DNA of 40,093 bases from a bacterium (GTDB lineage: Bacteria > SAR324 > NAC60-12): positions 1-40,093 of the forward strand of contig CBDDTI010000382.1 in assembly GCA_965233585.1 (NCBI GenBank). The letters run 5' to 3'. A model generated the notes under the pieces. It did not search any database, was not told the DNA's origin, and saw only the letters and a list, made by a program, of their open reading frames with translations. Below, piece after piece: positions 1 to 11,456 of the stretch (its first letter is position 1; each line of letters starts with the position of its first letter). Position numbers and translations under genes: made by a program.

Positions 1-759
1 ATACGTTTATACCCAATTAAAAGATTTTTAACTTCCTGTAAGATTTTTAAGGGTGCAATGTTTAAAGCAAGCTATTTATCCTTCTTTAAGTAAAAGCCTT
101 CATTCTACAATGTGAATGATTTAATTCTAGAATAATTAGTAGCCAAATAATCAAGTTAAGGTCAAATGGAACAGTTCTAAGAGGCTTATGTTAATAGGTG
201 AAAAACAACAATTTTTGAGAAGCTGAAACAGCATCAATTTTAGGTGACCAACGAATTTTTTACTAAAAATTGGTTAAAACTACATCTTAGGAAGCCTTTC
301 TGACAAAAATAACATTTTAAACTTGATTTGTATCCAAATTGAAGGTAAAAATCCAAGGCCACTTTTGCTTCATAAAATCGCCCATTTTTGCCTTCTTGCC
401 AGAGCACGCCATATTTTATCGTAGCGGATTTAAAAAGAACTAATATCGCCCAACGTGAAGCGCCCCCTATTTAACTAATCCAAAAAACTCAGGGTGTTGC
501 CTGTACCAATGAACACTGCTACCCTTCAAATAAAATTAATAGTGCAGTGTTGTTGAAGCATTTCACATATGCATTTTGACGATCATTAGATCTTTTTCCA
601 GAAACGAACTTATTTTTCATCGCTGGGTTACTACCATAGAAGATTTCATCGGATACCATGAAACACTCAGGCTTTTACTATTTATCATGTAGACGTTATT
701 AGTACTGATTATACTCAAAATACATTAAACGCTTTCTTAAAGACTTATGACTGTGAAGT

Positions 760-2900
760 GCTCCTAACTTTAGCTATTGAAGGCCTTTTTCAACGTCGAA
801 GAAGTTCTCACCGAGAAAATGAGGGGTTCGGAATGCCGGACTCGTCAACGATGTTAGTGATTTATTACACATGCCTTTCAGGAAACAAAAGAAAAAGGTT
901 CAGACAAAGGAGAGTCCTTTTGTTCACTCTACATTTGCAGCATCGTCGCCGCAACCCAAGAGAAGAAGTAGCTTTTTTCTCTGCTGGAATGGCAGCATTT
1001 TTTTGGATGAAACTTTTCCGCATATTTGTCATCCACATGCATACAGAACAATAACTGTAAGCCCATTATAGCATTCTTAGAAATCGAAGACAATTCATTT
1101 TATGCAAGCAATAATAGAAGAAAAAAGAAAATTGCACTTATTGTTATGCGTGATTTCAGCTCGTTCTTAACCGAAATGAATATTTTCACGCGAATATTCT
1201 CTTTACTTCTGCCCCTTTTTTGCGTACTTCCATTGTTCTTCTTTCTGAGGGGGGTTCCGGAAGCGAAAAGTGCGGTTTGGCAAACACATCATGTCGATCA
1301 GCTGTGGCATCGTATCTTTACCATTATAAATTCCCTTTCCTTTGACTTCAACCCTTTTTCTCCTCACTCTTCCTCTGCCCATGTTGCAAAATATCAATAT
1401 CATCCATCCACTACATCAATGAGATGGAAATCGATGGCTAAAATATGGTAATGGCGGTAATTTTCTTCGACAAGGAAAGCCTATTTAGCCTCACTTACGG
1501 ATGCAATCCAAAGGGCGGAAAATGAGAGCTAGGTTCTTACATCGAAGGCGAGTGATGAATCCTTGGGGCCCTAGAACAACAAACAGACCCCTTGTACTTA
1601 TTGGTTTTGCTACGGTGTACTTTCAATCTATTACCCTCTCATCATTCTACTCGATTGGGGTGAAAAAGAAATAACAAAGGGATAATTCTTTTAAGTGTGG
1701 AGTGGGTGTGGTGATAAGAATGATGTTACATTTCTTGTTCAAATGCCAACAGATCGTGGAACGGAGAAAAGCATCTCACGAATTCTTGTTATTCCGTACT
1801 TCGAAGTCATTTTACTCCGTAAAAAGTAGGGGAAAAGGCACCACTCTCTTCCTCTTCAGTGGCGTATCTTTTTTATGTGTCCTGATGTTATCTCAAAGAC
1901 CGCAAACTCCACACCACCCCTTTTCTATCATCTCCAGCCAATTTCCATGGCTCTGAAGTGGATTTTCTAACAAGGAAAAATCAACCAACCGCTTTGGCAA
2001 ATAACAAACCCCATATCTAGGAAAATTCAGGGTGACTTTTTCCCTTTCTCGTCTCATCTCCTTTCAGAGCTTGACGACCATACTCTTTCATCCTCCTTAG
2101 CAGTATTTTTTCCAAAAGCCAAAAACTTTGATGGTTTGTTTCACGTTCGCTGTTCTTTTCAATGAAAATGGATCGGATAAACTTTTTTCTGGGCTTGCTG
2201 AAAAGTAGAATAAAAATGTCCCTCAAACATGCAGGAGCTTTGCTGCAAGCTCAGCCACCGCCGATGGGGATTTGACAGCCACCAACGGAACCTCATATCG
2301 GGCAATAAAAACTTTTTATGCTGCAAAGACTTGGCGAAGCGTGAGAATACCTTTTTAAACGCCGCGTGGCTTCTGGATGTGTCGAACCCCTTCTTTCCTC
2401 TGCGTCTAACCCCATTTTTATTCCTTTTATGGCATTCAATGCTGGTTGTTTTGTTTGTTTGCTTCATACAAAGAGGACGTGATCGACTTTAAACGACAAC
2501 CAAAGGGTTGCCTTGTCCGTCAACTTTACCTCGTACACGAGCGTAGCTAATGAATTTTGCTTCATGTTCAATCGAGGGAAAATAATGGCAAGATTGATGT
2601 CACTTCTCAAACATGAGAAAAAAGGTGCTGATCACGCGTCTCCTACCATCATTATCATGCTATTATGCGTAAAAAGAAAGTTCTTTAATAATAACTTACT
2701 ACATGAGCGAGTCGATGATAAAAAAAATTTGGCTATTCCTTCTTCTCTGGAGGGTTGCATTGGTTTTTTCAAATCTTTCGAAAGAACATTTGGTTGCTCA
2801 TGTGAGAACCATTGGTAATTGCTCTTCAAGAGAAGTTGAAGGAGTTGGCAACAGACTCTACATGGAATCGGTTAAACTTTGTTTTTGCCAAGTGACTTGT
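760..2900 (-). mobile_element. Heavily decayed non-LTR retrotransposon reverse-transcriptase relic (boundaries approximate)
   Basis: Minus-strand fragments in RT order but in shifting frames with stops: EKGWCGVCG (~1900-1925, cf. QKGFxxGVxGC), DAF/SVP/HDLL (~1745-1775, cf. DxxxAFGSVPH), WMDDIDI (1390-1410, cf. YMDD), EEQWKY (~1225). No intact ORF. Confidence 0.4.
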
Positions 2901-2962
2901 CGACCTGACTTTGTATCATCAAATGAAATAAATTAATAACACATAACTTCTTTAAAGGAAAT

Positions 2963-3329
2963 AGCTAGCGGAGAAATATCTCCAGGAATATTCTTAGGAA
3001 TATCCCTGAAAATGGTGCCACCTGTCTTGAGAGAGGGATATTCAGGCCCGTAGCCAGGATTTTTTATGGGGGGTGCGATCAGAAAAAAGTGGACCTCAGC
3101 TGTCTGCGGGGGGGGGGGGGGTTGCGATGGGTGCGCCCCGGACCCCATTTTTTTAACAAAAAAGTGGACCTCAGCTGTCTGTGGGGGGGTGCGAGCGCAC
3201 CCCTCACACCCCCCCTCCCTATGGGCCTGATATTCCTGAGAGTTTCAGAGATATCCTTCTTTCAAGCTGGCTAGCACCATTTCCTGGGATATTCCTTGGA
3301 ATATTCCTGGGGATATTCCTCCGTTAGCT
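2963..3329. mobile_element. Non-autonomous inverted-repeat element (MITE-like)
   Basis: agctagcggagaaatatctccaggaatattcttaggaatatccctgaaaatggtgc (from 2963) is an imperfect reverse complement of gcaccatttcctgggatattccttggaatattcctggggatattcctccgttagct (ending 3329). Confidence 0.6.
3043..3229. mobile_element. Small MITE nested in the previous element
   Basis: Termini caggcccgtag ... ctatgggcctg; ATATT on both sides (3038-3042, 3230-3234); internal direct repeat aaaaaagtggacctcagctgtctg and G/C tracts. Confidence 0.65.
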
Positions 3330-4677
3330 TGAACCCTGAGGGAGGAAAGAGACAGCGCGAATAGTTTGGTTCAAAAACTTTCGCTTCATCTTACCACATA
3401 GGCTAATTATCTAATTCATTCCTGTCATCTAAATGATTCAAGTCCATTGAGTGTTCAATAGAGTGAGAGAAAGATCCAGCGTGCCAGTACAAATCTTAGC
3501 AGTACTGACATGGGGCATGGCAGAAAATTAAAGATAAAAAAGTTTTTTGGTACAGTAGATGATGCTGAGAAAAATTCGGACGAAAATATTTTTTTCACTT
3601 CAATGAATTTTGATGTTGTCGCCACCATTTCTCTGTTAGTAAAAAGTTAACACTGAAAACTTCAACATGTTTTCTCCATATTACTGTCTTTTTTTATTAA
3701 ATATGATATTTTTTCTCATTGGGGAAAAAAGTGTTAATAACTTAACAAAGAATTTAAAATTTTTATGGAATTTTTACAGTGACTCCTCTAGAGAGAAGAG
3801 AAGGAAGAAGTGTTTTCTTCTTACAAGAAAGAAGTTTTTGAATTTTCCCACTTTCCAGAGCATGCCTTCACTGGTGGTGCAATCTATGCGTCAAAGGCTG
3901 AACTATTTTCTGACACGCCCCTTAGTGGGGAAATATTCATCAGTTGACCAAGCCAGACCAGTGTCCGGACTGTTAAGTTTTGTACTGGCACAAATGTTTT
4001 GTTATACAATTGTTTAACAAAACAAAATTAAATAATACAAAAGTGTTGCGATACAATTGTTTTATTAATCTTCACTATCCAAAATCTACAGTGTTAAGTA
4101 TAACTCAGAATTCTGAAAAATATGTTGTAACTTCTCCATGATGAAAAATTTTGTGTGAGCTAAGCACATAGCAGAGCAAAAAATATATTAGTTGGAACAA
4201 GTATTTTAGCAAATTAGAGTCAAAACTGAAAAAAATGAATATAGTATTGGAAAGATAATAATTTTACCCTACTTTTGCCCTAGTTTTATTGAAACATTAC
4301 TGAGGGGTTTTACAGAAAATCAAAAATTGGGTTATCAAGCAGTGCATTGGGTTGACAGGTTTTCTCATCATTTTAGATGGGCAAGATGAGGTAGGGCTGA
4401 AAAAATTTTTGGTGTACCCTGGTGGGATGGTGAGCAAGGGGCATAATTGTATCCTCTAATTTTACATGCCCGCAATTTTGGGATTCAATTACAGAATAGG
4501 AGAAAACGGATGACAGAAGCTTGTTTTTAGATGTTTTCGGCCCGAATTCATCTAAATTCATCTAAATGCGTTCTAAATTCATCTAAATTCATCTAGATGC
4601 GTTCTCGTTGCAAGCAAAACGTCAACTGATTCAATCTAAAATCATCTAAATGCACACCGATTTCTGGTGCGTGCACC

Positions 4678-4982
4678 AAAAGTTTGGTGCGTGCATTGCT
4701 GTGTCTAATGCTGGCATGAGAAATTTGGTGCGTGCACCAAAAGTTTGGTGCCGGCATTGCTCCGTCTAATGCCGGCATGAGAAATTTGGTGCGTGCATGA
4801 AAAGTTTGGTGCCTGCATTGCTTCGTCTAATGCTGGCATGAAAAGTTTGACGCGTGCACGAAAAATCTGGTGCCTGCATTGCTTTGTCTAATGCTGGCAT
4901 GAGAAGTTTGGTGCGTGCATCAAAAGTTTGGTGCCTGCATTGCTCTGTCTAATGCAGGCATGAAAAAGTTGGTGCACGCACT
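4678..4982 (+). repeat. Five 61-bp tandem units inside the left TIR
   Basis: Units start at 4678, 4739, 4800, 4861 and 4922; consensus aaaagtttggtgcctgcattgctNNgtctaatgctggcatgaraartttggtgcgtgcaNN. Confidence 0.92.
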
Positions 4983-5028
4983 AAAAATTTCATGCACGCA
5001 TCAAAATTTTACTTGTCTGCATTACTTT

Positions 5029-5088
5029 TTCTGGTGCCGGGATCTCAATTTTGACGCTGGCATGAAATTTTAGATCCCGGCACCAGAA
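5029..5088. other. Perfect 17-bp inverted repeat (hairpin) near the inner end of the left TIR
   Basis: ttctggtgccgggatct (5029-5045) and agatcccggcaccagaa (5072-5088); mirrored at 24616-24675. Confidence 0.85.
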
Positions 5089-5242
5089 TGTCAGCGGTCC
5101 ATAGACGAAGAAACGTGCTCAATAACTTGGGGGTTTTTCTTTTCTTTTTTTGCAATAAACTTCAACGGAATGCTGTTACTAAATAGTTAAGGAAATTGCA
5201 AAAATATGGAAATTTTATTTTTATCTTTTCATCTTCTTTTTC

Positions 5243-6757
5243 TTAAAACTTTCTAACAATCAATTTAGGAAATGGCTTCTTGTAAAACGGGTTTTTTTTT
5301 TTACTATTGCGTCTTAATTTTGAAAGTGGTTCATTTTCATCGTAATTTTTATAAGGCTTTTTGTAAAATGGGTTTTTTCGTAATTTAAAAAGCTGTATTT
5401 CATCATCAGTCAACTTTTTTAACTCTTTCTTTTCTTTCTTCGTTTTTACACCTCGATGTCTTAATTTAGAAAGTGGCTCGTTTTCATCAAAAGTCGACTC
5501 TTTTGACTTTCTCTTTGTCGGTTTTGCATTTATTTTTTTATTTTTTACATTGCGTCTTAATTTCGAAAGTGGTTCATTTTCATCGAAATTTTCACAAGGC
5601 TTCTTGTAAAACGGGTTTTTTCGTAATTTAAAAAGCTTCCCATCCTGTTTAAGTATTTCATCAACAGTCAACTTTTTTAATTCTTTCTTTTCTTTCTTCG
5701 TATTGTATTTTTTATAAGGCTTCATGTAAAACGGGTTTTTTCGTAATTTAAAAACCTTTTCATCTTGTTTAGGTATTTCATCAACAGTTAATTTTCTTGA
5801 TTCTTTCTTTTCTTTCTTCGTTTTTACACCTTGACGTCTTAATTTAGAAAGTGGCTCGTTTTCATCAAAAGTTGACTTTTTTACCTTTTTCTTTGTTGGT
5901 TTTGCATTTAATTTTTTATTTTTTACATTGCGTCTTAATTTCGAAAGTGGTTCATTTTCATCGTAATTTTTAGTTAAACAATCACGTTTTCGCCGCTTTG
6001 ATGGAATGCCGCTTTCATCCTCGTCACTAATGTTTTTTCTTTTGCCGCGAAAAGATGGCAAAGGTTCCTTGGTTTTGTTTGAATTGCGCTCAATTTTGGC
6101 CTTTTCCAATGTTTCTCTCGCTAATCTTTCTTCTTCCAAACTAGCGCGGTAGTTGTGTTTATTACGCAAATGTTGCATAAGAAAATATACCCTTGAGTAG
6201 GTTGCATAGTTACAAAACGGGCATCTAAGTTTTGGCGGAACGATGTTTTTCTTTTTCAAGTCGATGTTTGATGGTTCGCAGTGTTGAGGCTGAGGCTCGT
6301 TATTAAGTAAATTTTCCGATGCAATTTCCTGATGCGAAAGCGTTATTTCCTTTTGATGTCTTACGTTTTCCGCTTCCGTTGGATTTACAGGTGGAAAGAT
6401 GAAATTAGGACCATCGGGCTGGCTTCCGCTTGATGGAGGGACAGAAGTAAAACCATTTTGCGAGAGTTCTTCGCTGTTTCGAGCAGGCAAGGTGTTTATT
6501 TCCATCTGTGCTGGCTGCTCAATGTTATTGAACGTATTTACCAAAGTTGAAACCGTTTTCTTCAAATCTTCCGGTTGTGTCTTGTAGGATTTCTGCTGCT
6601 TAAATTGAATAGCGTCTTCTATATAATTTGCACCTTTATTCAATTGATCTAATTGATTAAGCTTGTCATCTTCGCTAATGACCTCCCTCAAGGCAAGGTA
6701 AATTCGTTTCGGCACCAAAAACATGGTGGATACGTCCTCTTCCTGTTTCTTTTTCAT
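5243..6757 (-). CDS. Element protein (504 aa) with a C2H2 zinc finger and a Lys-rich repetitive C-terminus
   Basis: CPFC-x12-HLRNKH finger; DENEPLSKLR x5, FKLRKNPFYxKP x3, TKKEKKE x3; ATGA overlap with the upstream ORF. Confidence 0.8.
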   Translation of the reverse strand: MKKKQEEDVSTMFLVPKRIYLALREVISEDDKLNQLDQLNKGANYIEDAIQFKQQKSYKTQPEDLKKTVSTLVNTFNNIEQPAQMEINTLPARNSEELSQNGFTSVPPSSGSQPDGPNFIFPPVNPTEAENVRHQKEITLSHQEIASENLLNNEPQPQHCEPSNIDLKKKNIVPPKLRCPFCNYATYSRVYFLMQHLRNKHNYRASLEEERLARETLEKAKIERNSNKTKEPLPSFRGKRKNISDEDESGIPSKRRKRDCLTKNYDENEPLSKLRRNVKNKKLNAKPTKKKVKKSTFDENEPLSKLRRQGVKTKKEKKESRKLTVDEIPKQDEKVFKLRKNPFYMKPYKKYNTKKEKKELKKLTVDEILKQDGKLFKLRKNPFYKKPCENFDENEPLSKLRRNVKNKKINAKPTKRKSKESTFDENEPLSKLRHRGVKTKKEKKELKKLTDDEIQLFKLRKNPFYKKPYKNYDENEPLSKLRRNSKKKNPFYKKPFPKLIVRKF

Positions 6758-7107
6758 TTTGTAATAAGTTGAGTGATTAGAGGTATTACAGCGCTAGCAA
6801 TAGCCGTCAGAACCCCGATTATGCCTCCTCTTTGCAGTATTCGCTTCTTTTTGCAAATATCTCGACTATTGCGCGGGTAATTTGACAGTTTTTTAAAGTC
6901 AGGCAGATGACACCCGACTTTCGATCTTAACCTTGCTCGAACGCGCTTACTAAAAGTAAGCTCTCCGTTCAAAACGTAGTGTATTATTCGACACAGAGTA
7001 TAGATGCCTTCCTCGTTTAAACATCCAATGAAATTGGAACAGTCACGGTCTTTTAAATGTTTTACCGCGTTTAAAAGAGAAACTGCTTTTTCTAGTGATT
7101 TCGTCAT
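6754..7107 (-). CDS. Small basic virion-type protein (117 aa) with C-terminal GG plus hydrophobic helix
   Basis: Ends KKKRILQRGG-IIGVLTAIASAVIPLITQLITK, the pattern of small Polinton proteins encoded next to the ATPase; function inferred. Confidence 0.7.
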   Translation of the reverse strand: MTKSLEKAVSLLNAVKHLKDRDCSNFIGCLNEEGIYTLCRIIHYVLNGELTFSKRVRARLRSKVGCHLPDFKKLSNYPRNSRDICKKKRILQRGGIIGVLTAIASAVIPLITQLITK

Positions 7108-7137
7108 TTACCATTCTACTAAACGATTTTGCCATTC

Positions 7138-7824
7138 TTACGTGCGTACGTTGTACGCCCTTGTAGGCTGTTCGTCCGGAAAAATATGACTTCTTAATCG
7201 AACCAAATTATTCTGTTGCTGATGAAAATCCAGCAGTAAATAGCCATAAGGTCTTTCACCGGTTGCTGCCGCATATGCATCGTTTAGCCGATGCACGTTA
7301 CCCGGATACACCTGTTTAGCCAGGTGCGAGACGGCACTACGGTCTCTGGGATTGTTGAATAAAATCATGTACTGCGAGTTGATGCTGAGCATTCTGAGTT
7401 CGCTTTTGGCGCTAAACATGTTCTGACACAAAAAAACTGTCAAACAATTATAATGATGCGTTAAAACCGTGAAAAAGTGCTTTAGCACCGTTCCTACTTC
7501 ATCAAGAAAATCGTCAAATACTACAATTTTCGGAAGAGCTCTAGGGAACGTTTCCAGTATATCTTTCATCTCTTCAACCGATTCTGGCATGGATGAAAAT
7601 TTGCAGAACCTTTTCTCACGCGCGTCATCGTTCATCCCTCGCTCCATATCAGCATAGGCTGGTTGAAATTCTTTGTAAAATAGAATCATACATTCCGGAA
7701 CGGGCGAGCACATTACGGCCCTATCTTCAACCAGTTTTTTTAGCCATGACGTTTTTCCGCAAGAAGTGGGACCTACCGCGAGTAAGTTAGATGGAAGCTT
7801 AAAGCGCAAATCAAATCCGTCCAT
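7138..7824 (-). CDS. Genome-packaging ATPase (A32/FtsK-HerA-like)
   Basis: Walker A GPTSCGKT, Walker B IVVFDD, HHYNCLTVFLCQN, PYGYLLLD. Likely start MDGFDLRF at 7824 (ORF open from 7872). Confidence 0.93.
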   Translation of the reverse strand: MDGFDLRFKLPSNLLAVGPTSCGKTSWLKKLVEDRAVMCSPVPECMILFYKEFQPAYADMERGMNDDAREKRFCKFSSMPESVEEMKDILETFPRALPKIVVFDDFLDEVGTVLKHFFTVLTHHYNCLTVFLCQNMFSAKSELRMLSINSQYMILFNNPRDRSAVSHLAKQVYPGNVHRLNDAYAAATGERPYGYLLLDFHQQQNNLVRLRSHIFPDEQPTRAYNVRT

Positions 7825-7887
7825 GTTTTTAATTTTTCTTGACACAAAAAAGAGACAAGATATTACCATCAATTTTTATCAATACGT

Positions 7888-10800
7888 TTATTTGATTTCC
7901 TTACATTCATGTTTACAACATTTTTTTACATGACAACTTCCTAAGGCCAAAGTGCACTTTCCGCAAGAAAGCACATAACGTTTGGTGTCCATGGCAGATA
8001 GAGCAATTTTTCGTTGGTGGGTTGTTGACATTCTGTGATTCTTTGATTTAATATTAACAAGAGGCTTATATACCAATGTTGATTCGTTTAAACATTTTTT
8101 GTAATCCTCAAAGGTCAAGTGATTTTTAATACTAGTTTTTTTAAGGCCCTTACAAATTTTCTTTACGCTGGCTCCTCGGGTTTTCAAATCCTTGACCGTC
8201 ATGCTGTAACATTTTGGCCTTAAGCCGATAAATTCAGTAATTGCGGCCTTTCCTTTTAGCTCGTCTTTGAAGTAAAACAAATGGTTGGCTCTGCTATCGT
8301 CAAACAACTCGTGATCTTTATCGTATTTTGAGAAGTCGAACATGTGTTCCATTCTTTTTAACTTTTTAACTAAATTTTGACATTTTACTTGAAACAGAAA
8401 CGAGTCTGTGTCCGAAAAGCACAACTTTAGATTCTCCGTTCCAAAATAACGTCTAAATTTGTCGTACGATCGATACATGTAGAGTTTGGATAGTTCCAAA
8501 ATCGCAAACCCCACCGCCAACGGTTTCTTCATTTCAATAACGGCCGGTTTTTTCATGACAGCCACAAGGTTTTCGTTTATGACTTTCAAATTCGAAACAT
8601 GCTGACCCATGCAAGTCTTTCTCAGCTTCTTTTCATTGTGGCACAACACGATTTCGATGTAGTTTCGCGCGTTCTCTGAAAAAAAATTAAACATTTTATT
8701 GTGAAAAAAGGGAGCCATTACTTTATTTTACCTATAAATTTGCCAAATGTGGAATTGGCAAACAACTTGAAGAGACGTAATTCAAAATCAGTTTTCGCCT
8801 CCGACCTTAATTTTGTAATTTTTGTGATAAAGTTTTTTAAAAAGTCTTTTTGCTCAAACTTGACCGCTCGTCTGATTTTTGTAAGCTTCAGCCCTCGCCT
8901 CAAATAATACTTTAGATTATCTAACAAGACGACATAATTACGTCGCGGGTAGAATGTGGCAAGAAGCTTTCGCGAACTGTAACGTTTGTTTTTGTAATCA
9001 GCCGGACAGTGCTTCTTCAAAAGTTGTTTGTTAAACGGTGACAGATCATCAAAGTTTATTGTGTCAGTGTAAGGAGCCAAAGGAAATTGATCATCTCTCT
9101 GCAAAATAAATAAAAAAATTTTTCTAGCAGTTGGTGTTTAGCAAAAACAAATTTTTTTACCTTATGATATTTTTTTGGATAGTGCAAATCCACTTCAAAA
9201 GCATAGCCAATCCTGCTTTGCGAAGGCAAATTCAAAATGTCCTTGTCCGTCCATGTTTTTATCACCTTTTTTGGCACCCACTTAAAATTACCCACCGGCA
9301 GCATGCGTGTTTCCATGCTGCCGTAAAGATTGTTAGCTGAAAATGTATCGTAATTTTAATCAATCTTTTTTTCTTTGACGTTTAATAAAAAATATTACCA
9401 TCTACATATAGTAAATGCTCGCCGCTCGCTTTAGGATCGGCCTGACCCGTCGCTTGTCTGGTAGCTATAAAACTCTGCCCTCCTCTAATGCCGCGTGTAA
9501 AAAACTGTTCCATTGCCGGATCGTGAAACAAGTCCAATGAGCCCGGTGGTTTCGACATAAAATCGGCACTAATCTCTTCTTCGTCTTTTCTTTCTTCATT
9601 TTGAAACATTTTCAGCATGATGTCAAATGACAAGCCAGGTATACCTAAATAGTAGATGGGATCCAACTCAAAGTGCTTCATCACCATTTCTCGATACTTT
9701 ACAAAAATCTCAGCCAGCAAAATCACGTCCAGTCCGCAATATAACTTCATGTAGTCGTCCATATTTTTACAATTAAAAAACTTGTACACTTCATAGCCGT
9801 GCTTATGATCTTCGGTTGAGATGTGGGCTTCGCTCAATCTCGAGTAGAAAGCGTCTTTTGGTGGAAATTGACTGTTTTTAATTGACTCATATGATGAAAA
9901 GTATTCATACGGATATACTCCTTTTCTTTTCAATAATTTTAAACCTTTCGCCTTTTGTCGCGTCCACAGCCTCCTGTAAGGCTCAAATTGTTTGAGAATC
10001 GGAAAGGTAAACGTCTCATCCTTGCATAAATCGGTCATGAGCGCATCAAGACTGGATGGCACGTGCTCTAGAGAATCCCTAATTTGAAATTTTCCAATAG
10101 TGATTGTCCTAAACTTTTCTTGGTTACTCGCCATCAGATTAGCCTCTTTGTCCAATTTTTCTACTAGTAGATTTATGTCATATCTTAAAATTAAAAAAAT
10201 TAAAAATGACTTTCCCTCAAGTCAAGGATTATAAATATTAAAAAAGTCTGTACTTACCCTTTGGCGTTGTGAAAGTATATAGGTGTTCTAAATGGGCCCT
10301 GTCGTTGCAGATTGCAAATAGAATGCGCCGCTTGAACAATGTTTCCGGTGACGTGATCATGATCAACCACTTTTTTATATAATCGCGAGCCTGAATCAAA
10401 TTCTTTTTTGCAAATATGACATAGCGTGGCGGCGCGGTACTCTTCCCAATCATGTTTGCTCGCTATAATTTGAGATGTGTTCTTGAACCGTTGCTTTCGC
10501 GCTTCCACTAATTCTTCGAAATAATCCAGCTTTGATAGAAAATTTTCCACAGCGTCTTTTCCACTGTACGTTTCTTGATAAAATACTTCGTTTTCCGAAT
10601 CGACAAAACAAATTGAATAGCCGCAAGCTCGATGTTTACTTAGCTCAGTGCATCCCGACACTTGACATTCGCATGTCACCCACGCTTTTCCGCATGTTTT
10701 ACATGTTTTTGCTTCTTGCTCTGACTTTTCCATAAAACACTCAAAATCAGCAAATCCCACTACAGGTGCTTTAAAAGCATTTCTTTGCTTATCGAAATTC

Positions 10801-11453
10801 AAGACACTGCCCTTTTCCGGATAAATCACCGCTTGTTTATCCATTTGACAGATTTTTTCGTGTAATTTTTGTTTCTTGTGCGAACGAAAATCTCTTAAAC
10901 AGCTGTCACAAAAATAAAACTGACTTCTATGCCGTCTTCCTTTGGTCATAGCAGATTTTCGGTTGTTCAAAAAGCCATTTAAATTAGCAATAGTGAAAAA
11001 ATGGTGCTGATGCTCAAGGTCTTTTACGTTGGAAATGCCATTTACGTCAATGCTGTCTTTATTGGCCGATGAAATTCGACAATCACTTTTAATCATTAGC
11101 AAATTTAGCGTATTTTTGTTCTTATTTTTCTCGCCAGATCTATTGGAGAAAACGTCTAAAACACTCAGTTGATGTTCACCTTCAAAAAGAACTCTTATAC
11201 GTAACGGTAGGTGCTTGTTAATTCGAACAAACTTACTAATCTGGCTAAACTGCAGGGGAAAGGTTAAACCTTGCAAGTTAAATTTACTTTCATACTCCTT
11301 GGGAATTTTTTCGCATCGTCTGATGTTTGCCGTTTCCGGCCAAAGATGTCGTATGACACAATATAGAAAGTTCTTTTCATCGTATTTTCTGTTCCATAAA
11401 ACACTTCGACACTTTAATAAATACTCGGGCACGTTTACAGAGTCGCTGTTCAT
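7888..11453 (-). CDS. pPolB: Protein-primed family B DNA polymerase, 5 exons, 1103 aa after splicing
   Basis: Exons 11453-10258, 10183-9399, 9336-9161, 9098-8732, 8675-7888 total 3312 nt in frame. Motifs: ExoI FADFEC, HNH/EndoVII-like DHDHVTG..AHSICNL, ExoII FHNAKGYD, KGVYPYEY, ExoIII YCGLDV, motif A YVDANNLYG, motif B KLFANSTFGK, motif C SDTDS, PKCY. Confidence 0.95.
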
Positions 11454-11456
11454 TTT

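Larger units (their letters stand above)
4503..5104 (+). repeat. Left terminal inverted repeat (602 bp)
   Basis: aaaacggatgacagaagcttg...gtcagcggtccatag is the reverse complement of 24600-25140 apart from scattered substitutions and one extra 61-bp unit. Confidence 0.95.

Noticed and set aside
4490..4502. 6-bp target-site duplication
   Set aside because: Left flank (taggag or aatagg) does not match the right flank (ttatac).
4593..4778. ORFs within the TIRs (also 24865-25050 and 4373-4561)
   Set aside because: Translations of the tandem repeats with no protein-like features.
4678..4982. Regularly spaced repeats resembling a CRISPR array
   Set aside because: Units are contiguous with no unique spacers, are mirrored in the opposite TIR, and there are no cas genes; the context is eukaryotic.
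7888..11453. pPolB as a frameshifted pseudogene, or split by inteins or self-splicing introns
   Set aside because: Each break is a 56-74 nt AT-rich GT...AG segment whose removal restores frame and motifs; too short for inteins or group I/II introns.
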